NCBI GenBank assembly: GCA_036172245.1
Contig: JAYWIR010000020.1
Span: forward strand, 372,001-436,000
Length of the DNA: 64,000 nucleotides
From: Raillietiella orientalis
Taxonomy: Eukaryota
Direction of reading: 5' to 3'
The notes beneath the pieces were generated by a model. The model did not search any database and was not told where the DNA came from. It saw only the letters and a program-made list of their open reading frames with translations. Below, in pieces: positions 14,401 to 28,448 of the stretch. Every line of letters starts with the position of its first letter. Position 1 is the first letter of the stretch. The position numbers and the translations under genes are program-made.

Positions 14401-17400
14401 AATTTATCTCATTTTGATCTGATTCCTTTGTCTTAATTTCTAACCATCTTTATTGTATCCTTATTGTGCACTACCTATTTGCTGTTCATTTTTCCACTGG
14501 AGCATAAAAATATGAAGAATTTTAGACTTCATGCAATCAGAGTAATCATAACACTGTAAAATTTCACTTGTGTATAGCATGATTTAGGCCTGCAATAAAT
14601 AAAGGGTAGTTTCTGCACTCGTAGAAAGAACAGTGCAAGTACAATGATATCTGTACATATTATTGACATTTTTTTTTTTTTGATTTCATAGAACAGTAAT
14701 GTTATAACCTTTTTTCTCATCAACCTCCTCCATGAATGAAATGTGCTAGATAAAAGCATAACACTAAAGGCACTTGACTAAACTTATATGAAACAGAATT
14801 TGTTTCTACTAATCAAACAATCAAACAATGAACTTTTACACAATTCATAAAATAGTGCATTTCCTTTCGAAATAGAAATGCAACCAAAGAAGCCTCAATA
14901 GGAAACTAAAGCATTAGACACCTTAAATCCTTCATTTCAAGTCCTATTTACACAAGTTGAAACTTCATTTTGGTGCAAGAATCCTGATGCCATGCAATAA
15001 CCCACTTTAAAGAAACAGAATTTGGGATGACTTCCTTTTTAACAAGGAATACATCTTTCATTGTAAGTTTAGTTTAGCTTAATATTCACTGCATAAATCA
15101 AATAATTATTTAATTTACATAATGCCATATGAATAATATAAATTAAATCGATGATTATTCAAAACTTAATTTTTAATGATGAATTTGATCTGTCTTTACC
15201 ACATCTAAACTAAACAGGAATACAATTCCAACCTACTTTACTCTTGAACTTTCACATAAAGTTCATTGGATTATTGTATACTTTTACAAAAAGTATGCAT
15301 GCAAGTCATACAATACCCATTTCATTCATTGTTTTTCACAATTCTGTGTTCACATATATATGCTCTTTAGACTTTGATTAGCTGATTTACATTGGTATAT
15401 TTTAGTGGAATGCAAATTCATTAGCTGTATAAACAACAACACTGCACACTTATGTGCATTCCCAATTAAAGTCATGTTTGCAACTGGAAATGGAAGTCTC
15501 AGTTGAAAACATAATGTTGCATGCTACTACAAGCATACTATTAAGTGTACAACCTTATAATTCAAGTATAATGTGGTGCTATAACATATTCAGTAATAAC
15601 AACACTAGTATATGTTTCCAACAGAATAGAATTGTCTGCAGTACTATTTACAATCTGAAATCACTAATGAATACTGATCAAGGAAAAAATAGATGCACTT
15701 ATTGTGTCTGTTGACATTTTCGATGTACATAACCAGGAGAGCATGCATCAACATAAAAGGAGACTTGAACTTGATAGAATGGACATAAATAAGGCAATGA
15801 ATGCCTTATAAACCTAATGTTATCAGAAAATGAGTGCAGCTATCCATAAAGCAGATAAAAACTTCAAAGAAAATGTCAAAATCAGAGGAGAATGTCTAAC
15901 ATGTTTTGTATAAAACACAAATGAATCAACAAATCTATAACCGAAACAAAGCTTTCCTAGTAACTTCTCTGACAAGAACCCAAATTGGGCATTTCATCTG
16001 TAATTGTAGACTAGGAAAAAGGATTCTAGTGAACATAATCAGCCCTGTCCAATGAACAAAAAAAAGAGATCCGAAATCTTAATACAGTACACCACTATCC
16101 GAATTCCCATTCACAACTTATAGATTCTCACCCTGCAAAACTTATGGGCAATATTTGAAATAAATGAAGCTACTTGAGTCCATAAGTTGGAAAAATTAGA
16201 AAATCACAAGACTTCAAAGCATATCACATCACTGCTTTTTATCTATACAGGATATATGCATGTACTGAATTACCATGTACTGGCTATATCTTTATTGATT
16301 GTTCCAAGTTCTATGGATGTGTTATTCACTTTCAATGAATGTGCCATTCAATTTCTGGACCAAAAATTTAATGAGCTATTTTACCAATACTACCTTTTAA
16401 ACGTATACGTTTTTTACATTAGAGCTTATTTACACACATGCACATTTTCTGAGTGCGAGATATAATGTTAAAAAACATGCAATGAGGTTCATGAAAGAGC
16501 AGCCCAGTAAGAAATGAATGTTCATCACCTTAATGGTACTTTTTGTCATTTATAAGAAAACCGTAAATCGAAATTTTCAAACGCATTTGGATTACAAATG
16601 ATTGAATAATATGGAAAATTTACCATATGTGCGTCTTGTACTAATTCAAAAATTATGTGTGTGAAAAAAAAATTACAATTCTTTCAGAAAAGATCCAGAA
16701 CTACAAGATATACAATGTTCCCAATACAATGATAATAATTTAACGATTCTTTGCGATGATAAATGATGAAATTCACTGCAATTGTCGTCACACCATACAT
16801 AGCTATCCTGATATCCAAAGGGAACAGAACAAAACTGATATTAATTGCTTAGATAAATACAAATAACAGAACACTTTTGTAATTGCATGCAGCTTGAAGA
16901 TATACAAATAAATACAATTTTAACGCCTCGTTGACAATAGCAATGAATTAATGGATGACTGATTCATAATGAATACACAGCATGTGCTGAAAATATTTTC
17001 CTCGTGTACTAATGTACTTTTCTTGGATTATTTTAAAATATAATTGCAATACAACTATTTATGGGAAAATATAATGCACAACCAAATGCCACATTAAATT
17101 CATACATGAAACACAAAAGAGCATTGTATTTGAGCTTCATTCTCTGTATAAGAAACAGTGGTTGAATTGGAAGTAGACAACCCCTAACTATGATAGACCA
17201 GACCATGCAAAAGCTTTAGAAGCACGTGGAAATAATTAAACTGTAAAAAAGTCTTCACAAAATTTGAGAAGAAAAATCGATTCGTCGTTCTAATGGCTAA
17301 TGGTCAAAATTGAAAGTGAACAAGTGAAACAATCAAATAAAATGCAGGGCTCCAAACACCAAAAATCGGTCCCACACAAACTTTGAAATGAACTGGAGAC

Positions 17401-17773
17401 GTGAATCGGTGTGCAATCATGACAATTCAGTTAGGTAATTGAAACACAAACCAAGTGGCTATGAAAATTCACACAAACAAAATACCTGAAGATCTTCATA
17501 ACAATTAAATGATAATATGGAAAAATCATTAATGATGTTTTCCTCATAGATTGGCTCTTTATTCCTTCGTTTACGATGATAGAGTCTTGGTGGTCGTAAA
17601 TGTTTTTGTTGTGGCAGATCTTCACCTGATTCGGCATCGCTCATCCTTGCCTTGCCATTGCAATTCTGGCTCTGTAATAGGGACTGCCTCTGTTGCTGCA
17701 TGCGTTGGGCTCGTTCTCGACGCCGAATTTGTTGTTTTAGTTGTTTCGATTTTTCACAACTATCCATCGTCAT
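1..17773 (-). CDS. tay: tay bridge / AUTS2 / fibrosin-like family protein (multi-exon; 3' end runs off the left edge)
   Basis: Phase-consistent manual model, in transcript order: 17486..17773 (MTMDS...RRRERAQRMQQQR...ESGED...RPPR...EPIYEENIINDFSILSFNCYEDLQ), 11651..11776 (KVAQYIEEK...KKPKKKKHK), 7845..7943 (LDVQF...NLLSD), 7682..7717 (ESSVSNSERGYI), 2497..2523 (CDVESEDDK), 1102..1147 (ASDSGFTSELFASGK), 511..1043, 282..469, 152..241, 1..110 (Ser/Thr/Pro-rich). Motifs match Tay/AUTS2 as I recall them (RRRERAQRMQ; EEDIIDGF..LSF; GY.CD....D.KASD). Extra small exons between 8000 and 11400 are possible. Confidence 0.88.
1485..1507. repeat. (AT)n microsatellite
   Basis: Directly visible. Confidence 0.9.
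2497..2523 (-). CDS. tay: tay/AUTS2-like 27-nt microexon (CDVESEDDK)
   Basis: gtcttttcag|TGTGATGTGGAAAGTGAAGACGATAAG|gtaaag; phase 0-0. Completes the GYI-CD...DDK-ASD motif. Confidence 0.85.
7682..7943 (-). CDS. tay: tay/AUTS2-like exons 7845..7943 (99 nt) and 7682..7717 (36 nt)
   Basis: Both have tag acceptors and gtaagt donors, phase 0-0. They give ...LLSD|ESSVSNSERGYI|, which continues into the CD..ASD motif. Confidence 0.85.
8381..8415. repeat. A35 homopolymer in a tay intron
   Basis: Directly visible. Confidence 0.9.
11651..11776 (-). CDS. tay: tay/AUTS2-like exon with Lys-rich, NLS-like end
   Basis: tttttag|AAAGTT...CATAAG|gtggag; 126 nt, open, phase 0-0. Confidence 0.75.
17486..17773 (-). 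CDS. tay: tay/AUTS2-like first coding exon (N-terminal conserved region)
   Basis: ATG at 17771-17773, 96 codons, ends CAG|gtattt in phase 0. Contains RRRERAQRMQ and EENIINDFSILSF. Confidence 0.9.
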
Positions 17774-18510
17774 TTTAATGCTAATAATCTCCACATTTCT
17801 CTCTGTACTTAATCACTAAATCACACATTAAAGGGCAATACTCCATATTGCTTCACTAAAAACATACTACGTATAACTGTACTTACACCGTACTCACCAT
17901 ATCGACTGTTACACTCAGATTGTTCAAATGGCGGAAAGCACAAAGGGGCGCTACATTCCTGGGAGGTACATTCATGAAATAGTTCACATGCGGATCATTT
18001 TTTTGAAAGTAAGCATTTAGAGCATCGTTGTGACCATTCGTCCGTATTAATTTGCCCAACGACGTGGATTTTGCTGGCAAATCGACAAACAAAAAAGGCG
18101 ACAATTATGTTGTTTGTAGAAAGATGGAATCAATGATGTAATAGAACTCACAGGAGTGAGTGCTGCTTTGCTCTCAAAAGGCAAGCCAGAAAAACACATC
18201 AGAATTTGGAAAATAATTGTTGGCAATTCGTCCACGTGTCCATCTGGGTATGTAGGAAACAGGAATTGTATTTAATTGCCTCCCTGTGTGTGTACGTACA
18301 TGACTTTCGTATGCTTGCGTTGATTCTTTTGTTGCCTCAGGTCTCCTTACGTAATCAGGGTGTCGTTGAACGGCCTGATAAAAATACATGGCACATCCTT
18401 CCTTCACTTGATGAACCTTTTAATGAACATCAGGATGTAAACGAATTTCATGATTGTTGCGTTTTCTTTTTAAACCAAGCGAGGAACAGCCGCTGAGGAG
18501 TTTTTTTTTG

Positions 18511-18541
<31 letters not shown>

Positions 18542-21500
18542 TAAATAACGTATATCCATAAACTAAAAACTGTGAAAGGAAGATGGCATTTTCTGCGGAA
18601 CCTCCGTGATGTCTGAGGCAGAAGCAGGTCCCTCTTCATCAAACTTTCTTCCCTGTCCTGAGACAGTTCGTGAAATCTAAGAACTGGGGATCAGAATTCT
18701 CAATCAAAGACCTTCTCCCACTTCTAACCAGCATCCAATTGCAGATGTCCAAGCCTGTGGAAAGTGTTTGTCTAACTAGCCGCTTGTACCGGGTCCTCAA
18801 ACACAACATCTATGCAGGCAGATGTTTACTCCAACAAATTTCAGTTCAAGGATTCCATTTGTCTATAAACTCGAGAATTCAATTTAAAACATTACGTTCG
18901 TAAACACGTATATGCCTTGTGAAGTAGGCACGTAATCTTAGGCACAAGAGGCTTCGTTTAAACTTCCATCCATCCTATATTTAATTGCTTGCACGATTTG
19001 ATTCACAGATGTGCTTCTTCCGAACCAGGTTTTTTCATTTCCTTGATAGCGAGGTAATGGTGCTTCTTTTTGTCTGCTTTCTCCTTTCTTGTTCTCTCTC
19101 TTCTACGCCAGGAGTCCGTTTATCATCCCTTTCCATTCGCAAGTACTACAACTGTTCTTGATCTTGCAAGTTCCTGCGTAAGTGTAAATAGTGGGCATTT
19201 TTTTGTTGCTGATGCTGCTTCGCTGAGAATCTCTTTGAAGATTAATTTGCTACGTTTTTGTTTGTTTTTCACGGGCATCGTCATTTGTATTGAGTGTGTC
19301 TTTATTTGCACTACTAGCACACAGGGCAAAAAAAAAAAAAAAAAGAAAAATACAATAAACGAAATCTTAAGTTTAGCCAACAAATTCTGAGGTATCTTGA
19401 TTGCTTTCTTCCTATATATTTCAAAACACATCTCGATCTTCAAAAAGGAGCAATTTCTAACGACAGCAACTGACATGCTAATATGAATTCAATGAGAAGT
19501 TGAAGGCTATCTTATCGTGGAAAATTGATGAGGACTTATTTTAGAATGGCCTGAATTCTCACACTCATGGTAGATAATAATAGGATTGGTGCGATAAATT
19601 ATTCTTTAAAAGCTTCATCAAGACGAAGTTATAAGGCAGGGATTGCCAAGAATTATATCTTCGGTACAAAATGTAGGCATTGCATTTCTCCTCCCCTTAT
19701 TTCAGAGCAAACTGATAAGCATTTGAGCCAAGACAAAGAATAAAGCAGTAAAGCGAGTACATGGGTGTGTATACTATTCAAGCTGAACTCAATTCACTTA
19801 TAGAAAACATTGCAATAATCATCTACGATCACTATTTGATTTGGTGCTTTCTTTGTTCCAATCAAATCTCACACCCATCAAATGCGTAGCAAGCAAAGGA
19901 TTCCAGCAGAATCTCATTTTCCCAAGGACAGTTTTCGAAATTCTGCTGATATGGCTCTTCCTTGGCTTTGATCTTAGCTTCGTTTTCTTCTTGCGTCCAT
20001 AAGAAAACCATTCTATCCATTGCAGCGTCTGAAATCATCTACAGCAACCAACCAGCTGCAGAAGCACTTCAGAGTAAATGTTTTTTCAAGTCGGTTTTCT
20101 GCCTATGAAACAGCCAATATTTTGCAACTTCGGTTTCTGCAGTTTTGATCGATTTCGGGGATGATGAGGTCTTTGATGAACTTCTTATTCTATGCCAGTA
20201 ATGCTTGTGCTTACCTCAGCATCATCTTCAGCTTTATTTTGGCTCGTACATCCCTTTGGCAGAAAAATATCCGTATCTTTGGATGTAACGTATCTTTTAG
20301 TTCTGAGATACGCTCTTGTAGTTTGAACTCTGGTGCTGATTGAGGATTTCAGCTTGCTTCTTTGGCTTATGCTATTTTTCATATCCGGAAAAAAAAAAAA
20401 AAAACAGATACTCCAAATTCATTTTCTGCAAGCATTTTGAATGCAAAATGAAAACTCAGTAAAATAATGTGGTGGTGGTGAGCGGTAGAAACGAAGATGT
20501 AGAATCCAGTTTCAGTGGCAATTGCTATTGGCACTCAGATGGTACCGAATGTCACAATTTCGAGTTTCATTCAGTTTTTCTTTTTTTCTTTTTTCCGAGA
20601 ACACCTACTCCCCAAACCAGACTTTCGAAAACAAAAGTATGCACCGAGCCGTATATTCGCTATTTGTTCTGAATTCCACCGAATTAGCCTCATGATTCAT
20701 TTTAGTCCATTTTCGTCAGGAAAAACATACCATGGTATCATAATTAAGAGTGTTCAGAAGAAAAGGTTTTTCACAATTATAATTTGTGATAAACGGAAAG
20801 CACTGTTCACGGGCCAATGACCATCATGTTGCCTCAGAGAAGCAGGACGGATTTCACTTCCCATGACAGACATTCATTCTTTACGTTGGTTTTTAGGTTC
20901 ATATGTACCACTGAGGTTTTCGTGAGCTACAAGAAGGGAATAAAAAATAATTTCCTAATAACTGCGCGCGCGAGTTGATGCGTTTTTTCAACCTGCTTTG
21001 AAATTAATGTTTTTTTTTTTTTTTTTTCTTTCTCTCCTTCCCGTATTGACGATGTATGTTTCTTAAGGAAAACAATGTCGCTAATTTAAATCAATTATTT
21101 GAACTTGTAGTCTCAATTTGGGAGCGCATTTTTCGGGAATGCGGTGCTAGGCACCAGATCACTTGTCAAACAAATCTTGTGTTCAAAACTAGGTTATGGA
21201 GAGGATTGACGGATGATGGGTATGCACAGGATGCACTGGTCATTCACGCTGAAGCACAATTCAACTGTTTAGCATTCTGTGTCACGAAGACCTTGGTAAA
21301 CTCTCACAGAATTCCTCAAATATTTGTGTGCTTTCACCCTATTGAGAGGTCTTATTGAGTTTTTTGAATGAAGAACTCTTCATTGCGTGCTGTTAAAAAG
21401 ATAAGATTCCAGTTAACAAACCGCTACATTCGATGCCGAGATGAAGGTCCACAAGTGTTTTCAACATACTCTACATTCTATTACGTATTCACAAAGGAGT

Positions 21501-21549
21501 TGGTTCATAGGATTTTTACGTATGCTCGTTGACTACTCGGCGCTGTGGA

Positions 21550-22420
21550 AACCACGATCCACGTTCAGCTCCGTGCGATGAAGCGTAGCTGGTGCACTCG
21601 TGAAGGGTATTTCTGGTTTTATTCAGTGGACCCTGGTGAGCTCAAACAGGATTCTTGTATCTTTCTCAAGCCCATGCAGGAAGTCCGGTGAGATCAAATC
21701 AAGATGTCTGTGTCGGCCGGATGTTTCTATGACGATCACAGAAATTCTCTAACAGCAGTGCTCCCCGCTTCGCGAAACCAGCGTGAGGGCACCTCCGTTG
21801 CCCGGGAACGAGACACCGTGTTCCCTTGGAACACGACGTCACATTTCTGTGTTCGCATCAATCGCTCTCGCATCCATCTGCACGGTTCCAGTCGCCGCCT
21901 CTTCCATAAAAGAGAAAGGCACGGGTACGTGGTCTTGTTTAGGCTGCACCAGACGTTCACCTTTGCACTCTCTATCGCGTTCTCGTGGTACCAGTCCAGA
22001 GCTCCCTATCCACACGCTGTAGTGGTCAGTAGTCCGCCTGGTGAAATCAGGTTTTGCCGCATCCGAAATCACCATTCTACGAAAACATGTGGCCTCCTGT
22101 ACACTATCGTTAGATGGTGTTAAGGTACACAGCAAGTCTGGATCGTTATGGTCTGCCAGTTTGCATCGTCTGCACAATCCGAGCATCGTTCGTGTGCACA
22201 CAGTTTGACATACCTATAAGGCACAGTGTGAACAGTGAAGTGTGATATCTGCAGTTCTCGTGACGCAAGGCGACCCATTTTGTGAGAGACTGCTTGAAAT
22301 ATTAGCGGTGCCGTTCCAATCGAGCATCAGATTCACGGAACACTGCTGGCTGTCTAGATTTTGCCACTGACATTGCGTGTGACATAACACGCTGGTTATG
22401 TCACACCAATATGTCATGCC
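21550..22420 (-). mobile_element. degenerate Tc1/mariner-superfamily transposase remnant (boundaries approximate)
   Basis: Frameshifted fragments in the expected order: RRMVISDAA (cf. IIFSDEA), SVWIGS, SAKVNVWCSL, VPFSFMEE..TGTVQMD (cf. GPFFF..TVTG..YLDM), VVFQG, RHLDLISPDFLHG (cf. RSPDLTPLDFFLWG). No terminal inverted repeats identified. Confidence 0.7.
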
Positions 22421-23599
22421 ATAGGTTTGATGACACAGTTGATACTTGATACCGCCTTTGGATATTTCATTGCAGCTGAGTTCTTTAAAATATCACTTGT
22501 GCTGTACAGTAGTCAGCTTGAAAACAAAGCACTCTCACGCGGAAGGAATATTCAGCACCATCTGTAAGTTTCAGACAAAAAAAAAAAAACCCTTCGCTTT
22601 TTCTTTCCAGGGCTTCTCTTTTTTCTTAGGGAACACCTAAAAGTAGCCGCTTTTGGGTAGCTCGCGAAACAGAATGTTCCTTCCAAGAGAGAAATTGGCG
22701 CTACCGGGAAGAAATTCAAAGAAACCTCTGTGTTTAATACATCAGGCTTGAGGTGAAACAGACAGAGGATGCTTTTTCTCGTGATATTATATCACAATTA
22801 TTCTCCTATGTTCCCTCATGTTGTATTATTACAACTTGGAAAGCAAACTAAGGCATGAAATTGTTCATACCGGAAGTCTTTTCTGTAAGGGTTAAAGGAA
22901 ATTTCCGTAGAATGATTCTGTTTACAACAGCATAGAATCGATAGACAATTACATGTGCGGTTATGGCATAAGAATAAAAATTAAATGGGCAAATCTCTCA
23001 AGTCGACTTTCGGTTTTGATCCGTAGAAGTTCCTAACAGGAGTGCTTTACTTCGATGTCCTAGATATGATCTTTGAGCACTTCTGTGCGATTTCAGAAAA
23101 CGAGTGATCTACTAAATGTCGGAGTTCTCATCCCAATTTTTACGAAAATGAATGAACATCGGATCGCCACGCTGGTTCCTTTTTCAGCAAGCAGGAGTGC
23201 AAAATGCATCACAGTGATCTGTCAAGCTGGATTTGCCGTTGTGATCGGTAAAAATTTTCTCGCAGTTTTCACGACTCGCAACGTTCTCTGCTAATTCCAT
23301 CCCCCCCCCCTCCAAGTAACTTTGGTTGATATTTTTTTATTTATTTATAAATACCCCATCTATAAATGATTTCGATTTTCAAACACTTTCGTTTTCAGCA
23401 TTACATTGAATTCAAACTGGACAAGAATGCTTCCCTTTCAGAACTCAAGCGAGAGATCCATTAAACGGTTACGAAATGTTGAAACCGCCCTATCCATACC
23501 AGCCTCCTAAGAAGTCGTAATTTTTGCTACCACTCTGGCCACACTGTGAAATAATTGATTGTTTAATTCGCTTGTATTTCAGAAGTAGAAACTTTAGAT

Positions 23600-26500
23600 T
23601 TTCCGTTTCTCCTACCAGGAGTAGTCGAGAAAGCGAATGCGAGTCTTTTGTTTCCAGAGCTCACCTTGTGGCATACTTATGCGGCATGTAAAGCAGGCCC
23701 TTAGTAGTAAAGAAAGGAAGTTTTAGGAAGAAGTCGACACACCTTTCGACGGGAACAGAATCGGTGCATATGTCTACTGAATAGCTGTCTTCACAGCGGT
23801 TCTGAAATACACAGATTATCGATTTCGCTCATCGTTGGATTCATTCCACTATGTATATCATTCTCCAGCATTGGCTCCCTGAGGTCAGTGATCTCGTCGG
23901 AGAGTCTCCTTCACATTACCTATAAATCATATCCAAATATTCTATGTGATTGATATCCTCGATCACTCACATTTTCCCCACATGAAGTCAGTGGTTCACT
24001 GAAAGAGACCTCGTTGTATTCAAATTCAATTTTACAAAGCTTTTGTATGTCTTAAGTTATCTCTCAAAGAAAGGTGCTGTCAAGTCCTTAACTGTTTTCG
24101 AAGAAGTTCCCCTGAGACGACTGCAATGCAGCAACCAATATGTGTGTATTCATCGAGGCTTGAATGTTGGAAGAGCTAGGAGGAGCATACCTTGCAATGA
24201 ACAGGTATTTCCTTCTGCTTATATGCTTCCCATATCTTCCTGATTCCCACACGGTTTCCTAGAAGTCTCGTTTAGCGCGGGCTGAAAGAGTGAATGAATT
24301 CACTGCATGCTGCTAAGAGTAAGCTTTGCATAAGAGACCTCGACAACATAACGACAAACCCTGTGCAATTTGCCTGCTGTTGATTGCTGCAGGCGCTGAT
24401 CTTGTTTAGATCTCCATTCTCGAAGTTCAGCGGAACTTAGGCTGCCCATAGTTGAAGCTCGGATAGCCGCTGAGAAAATTCTTGTAACTCTTGTTGAGTA
24501 ACTATGTGCTAGAGTTCTGCAAGCAACATTTCTTGTACTGGAAACCACCAGAAATCGAGTTCTGAAAACAAAGTAATCATCGAGCCATCGGATCTATTGT
24601 ACAGTCTTGCAATCATTGGCAACACATCGATCTCAAACCATTTTCCTTTCGGATAACAGTGATTTCTTGCTTCAAATACTGGATTTCATTAGGATCGTTG
24701 TCTCGGGAAGCAAAGTACATTGAAGAACGAATTGCATGCTTATGTTTATTCTAATATTACTCGAGAGGACACGAATCCATGAGTTACTCTTTAACTCGAA
24801 TTACTCTTCGTTGTCATTAAGATCCACTTTACTTGCAGTGCATTCTGACTGTCCCTCCAGTGACGTAAAAATTCTGACCGGGAGTGGTCCTGGAATTTGT
24901 CAACTTAGCGAAATGATCAATTTGGAATCAATAATTCTTGGTGTATGTGGCATTATAAGAAGGAAATGTCAGTATGTTATGTGCATATATCTCAAGAACC
25001 TCATAGGTTAACTAGTCCCATAGAGAAATGGACTGATGCCGAATACTATCCTCCCATTTTTCTAGCCATTGTGTTATGCTTAAATTCACTATTCATGCTT
25101 GTGAAAGAGGCTGTTGCGCTAATCTAGACTATAGTAACATTTTACTAGATACCCAATGCAGTGACCCTCGTAAACAAATAGCGCACAGCATCGCATTTTT
25201 GCAACTAGATTCAGAACTAAGCATCCATCACCTGCGAGACTGAGAAATTCCCCTCTTCATTTCACGCAATCAATCCACTGCAGAATATGAAACAAAGTTG
25301 TCAGAACAACGCTAGCAGAGCAGCATCTTTTGAAAGGGCGCCTTTTTCCACAGAATCATGGCATCAGTGTGTCTGCCATTTTTTTCATTTACACCAGAAT
25401 TCCAGGTGAAAAGACGATTGCCAAATCATGGAAACCTTTGGAATGACTGAAATAAGCACTTGACTGCTGGTAACTACCTTTCTCGTTTGATGCACAAAGA
25501 ATGCACTCTAGTTCATTTTGACTTCGATTTCCTCCATTGCATAACACAGAAAGTACGACTATTGCACGAGGATCTTCCCGATGCCCAGCACTGAATGCTT
25601 TGCATTCTTCTTCGCAATCTTCCACACTTATTATGGTCGCCTTTTTCAGCTTGGAAATAGCTCCGAAAAACTTTGGAAGCTCCAAGAGCAGTCGCCTCCG
25701 TTTTTGCATTTTTTTTTTCTTTTTTCCACTTATTTTTGCTGACCTATTTTCCTCAACATCCTCCTTCTTTAATTCATGTTTTCTGCTAATCAATGATGCT
25801 GTTGTGATTGCAATTGGGGAAATTCCACCTCTAGCTTTTCGTGTTTCTCGAGAAAGCACTTTTTTCTGTGTTACCTCTTCCGTTTTTGCTTTCCTTCGAA
25901 GATTCTTGTAATGTTGTGGGTATTGATATTCCCTGATCTAGGATCAATATTTTATACTATCTCTGGGAACGCAATCTAGTGGAGTAATCGTTTCCATAGC
26001 TACATCCACTGGCTGAGACCTTAGCAGTGCTGTTTTCCTCATAAGGGTTATTTTCCGACCATCGGAACGAAGATCGACAGACACTCTTTGATTGATAGGA
26101 TAGCTCTGCGCCTCATATCAGTGCTGTCGAAGATCAGTTTGTGTACCTCTTGTAATGCGAAGCAGTTCATGTTTAGTGAATAAATTTCTGAACTCCTTAC
26201 CGCTACCAGACAGCTTCGGGGAATTCCCTTTCACCTCATTCAAGGAGTTTGATGATTCCATACTCCACTTGTTAGTAACCTTCCATTTGTTAAGAGAGAT
26301 CAATTTTATCAATTTAAGACAGAAAGCATTGCTTCTTCCATCAAATGGAATCATCCCAGTGCGTGAGGTGAATAACCAGAAGTACTGCTAAGGAACGTAC
26401 TGTTCCCTTCCGTGCAAATTCATAAAGTTTATTCCAATTGATTAGGAATGAGACCGCGTTTACGAAACACACCTTGCATTCAGAGGTTGAAGGTCGACTT

Positions 26501-27000
26501 TTTCTGATTGCATTCGTGTAAGTGCTCGGAAAGTTAGTTAGTGATTCTTCATGGGAAAAAGTAGGCCATGCTGGCCATTTTTCTTGGAAAATGAACTGCA
26601 AACAGATGTTTCAGGGAACAAAAAGAATAAACTGTTCAGCAAATGTGATTTTGTTTCTCTGATATCTGTAGGTGTGGGACAAGTGTGATCCTATAGCATT
26701 AAGAAGAGGGAAACAGACTTGTATGGAGCCTGTTATTATTAGAAGTCGATCTTTGGTCCAAGCATGTTTAAAAAGTTGTAGACAGCCTACGTAGATCTCA
26801 AAGGTTTACTTTTTGGGGGTATAGCTACCCAAATTACCATGCAAAGATCACTGAGCATTCAGACGCGTGAGATATTTCTGCTCTTTGCAATACCACTGTA
26901 TTCTTATGATTGCTTTCTGTTCCTGAAACGAGTTACTGTTACGATATTGACCATTTTATTTCCAATCCCCTTTCTTATAATACTGTTTCCTCACCCCTAA
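23600..27000 (-). mobile_element. possible heavily decayed non-LTR retrotransposon (LINE) remnant
   Basis: Several kb of broken, coding-like minus-strand ORFs with only weak resemblance to AP-endonuclease motifs (AVSFLI; VDLRSD). No clear reverse transcriptase YADD motif seen. Confidence 0.25.
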
Positions 27001-28426
27001 AGTCAACATGTGAACTATTTTAAACGGTCACTAGAAGAATGAATGGAATCTTGTTCGATGGTTTATTTTCTTCTTCAATTTTCGTTGTACTCCGAAAAAG
27101 TGCTTTACCAAAAAACGAAGAGCAAGAAAATCCAATGAAAACAACTTTGGTGAATTCCGAAGTTGAGAGACTTGCAATTAAAAATGAAAGTGGTGAAATG
27201 TATTTCCTTCATTCATTAACTGCTCTCGCTGATGCTTCAGTGAGCTCTGAGGCATTTAACGAAATAAGAATCTCGGAAATGCTCGCTTTCGCTATCTGAG
27301 CCCATGAAAAGACTGCATGCTGCAGTTTCCAGGTTTTCGTTGTCAAGGCGAATAACAGGAAGACGTTACAGAGGAAAGATTTTTAACTTTCAGCTGTTTC
27401 GAAATTAAAGATTCCAGTATTGAGAACTTGTTTGAGCTTTCGAGTTAAAGGAACCAGAATGATAAAGAACGATCCCATTTCATGCTTGATAATGATAAGT
27501 GCTCTCATCTCGGGAGAGTATGCACGAAAAGTCCATTATTTGTACCTCACTGTGAGTAGAACACCTCTTCATGCCTTTCTCAAATGCTTGACGTATTTTA
27601 TTCACAAATGCTTCTTCATAATTTTAGCCTGTGCAATGTTTTTTGTTTCACCTCATAAAAAGACAAGAATAGGGGTTTTTCCTATGCAGCCTTGTGATTA
27701 TGACTAGCCTGAGAAACTCGACAGAAGAAATTCCCTAGACATGGATCATGAATCTACCACCATGGATGAGAGAAAAACCCAGGAGAACAAAAAAAAAAAA
27801 AAAAGCAATTGTGGTTGAATAACTGGATGTTAAAAAAGGAAATTCGAAAACAAAGCATTGGGCTGTGTGATTCGGATTCATAAAGGTTTCATTGATTCTG
27901 TATTTAAAATGGAATTATTAATGAGAGATGAACAGTAGTTATATTTTTAAAAGGTGGTACTGACGATTCGAAATATTTAAATAATAAAACGAACATGAGT
28001 CTCATAATCCATCACCTTAAATTGAAAACTACAAATAAAACAATTCCCAATTCTGCGATCCAAAATTCATTCTTCAGGAGAGAGAAGACGAAGTGTCTGC
28101 ATTGGTAAGCTGTTTTCCGTTGATACATGAGGATTTGTATTGTCCGTTGAGTTACAACATGAATCCTATTTATATTGTACCTCAACCATTTGTGCGGAAG
28201 TGGAAAGAGAGGAAAGAGTATCCAGAGCTCCTTATCAGAAATTTATGGATTTTTCTCACCTTCCTAACATTGGGTCTCATTTGGTCAGAAATAGTGCTCG
28301 TTTCCCCTCCGATAAGAACAAACGAGACGGAAAACTTGAGTAGGAAATGAAAAAACTGAGACAGAATCAATGAGAGAACGAAACCAACAGCACGACTGCA
28401 GCTAGGCAAAAACTAAATTAGGGAAA

Positions 28427-28448
28427 ACACACACACACACACACACAC
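28427..28448. repeat. (AC)n microsatellite
   Basis: Directly visible. Confidence 0.9.
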
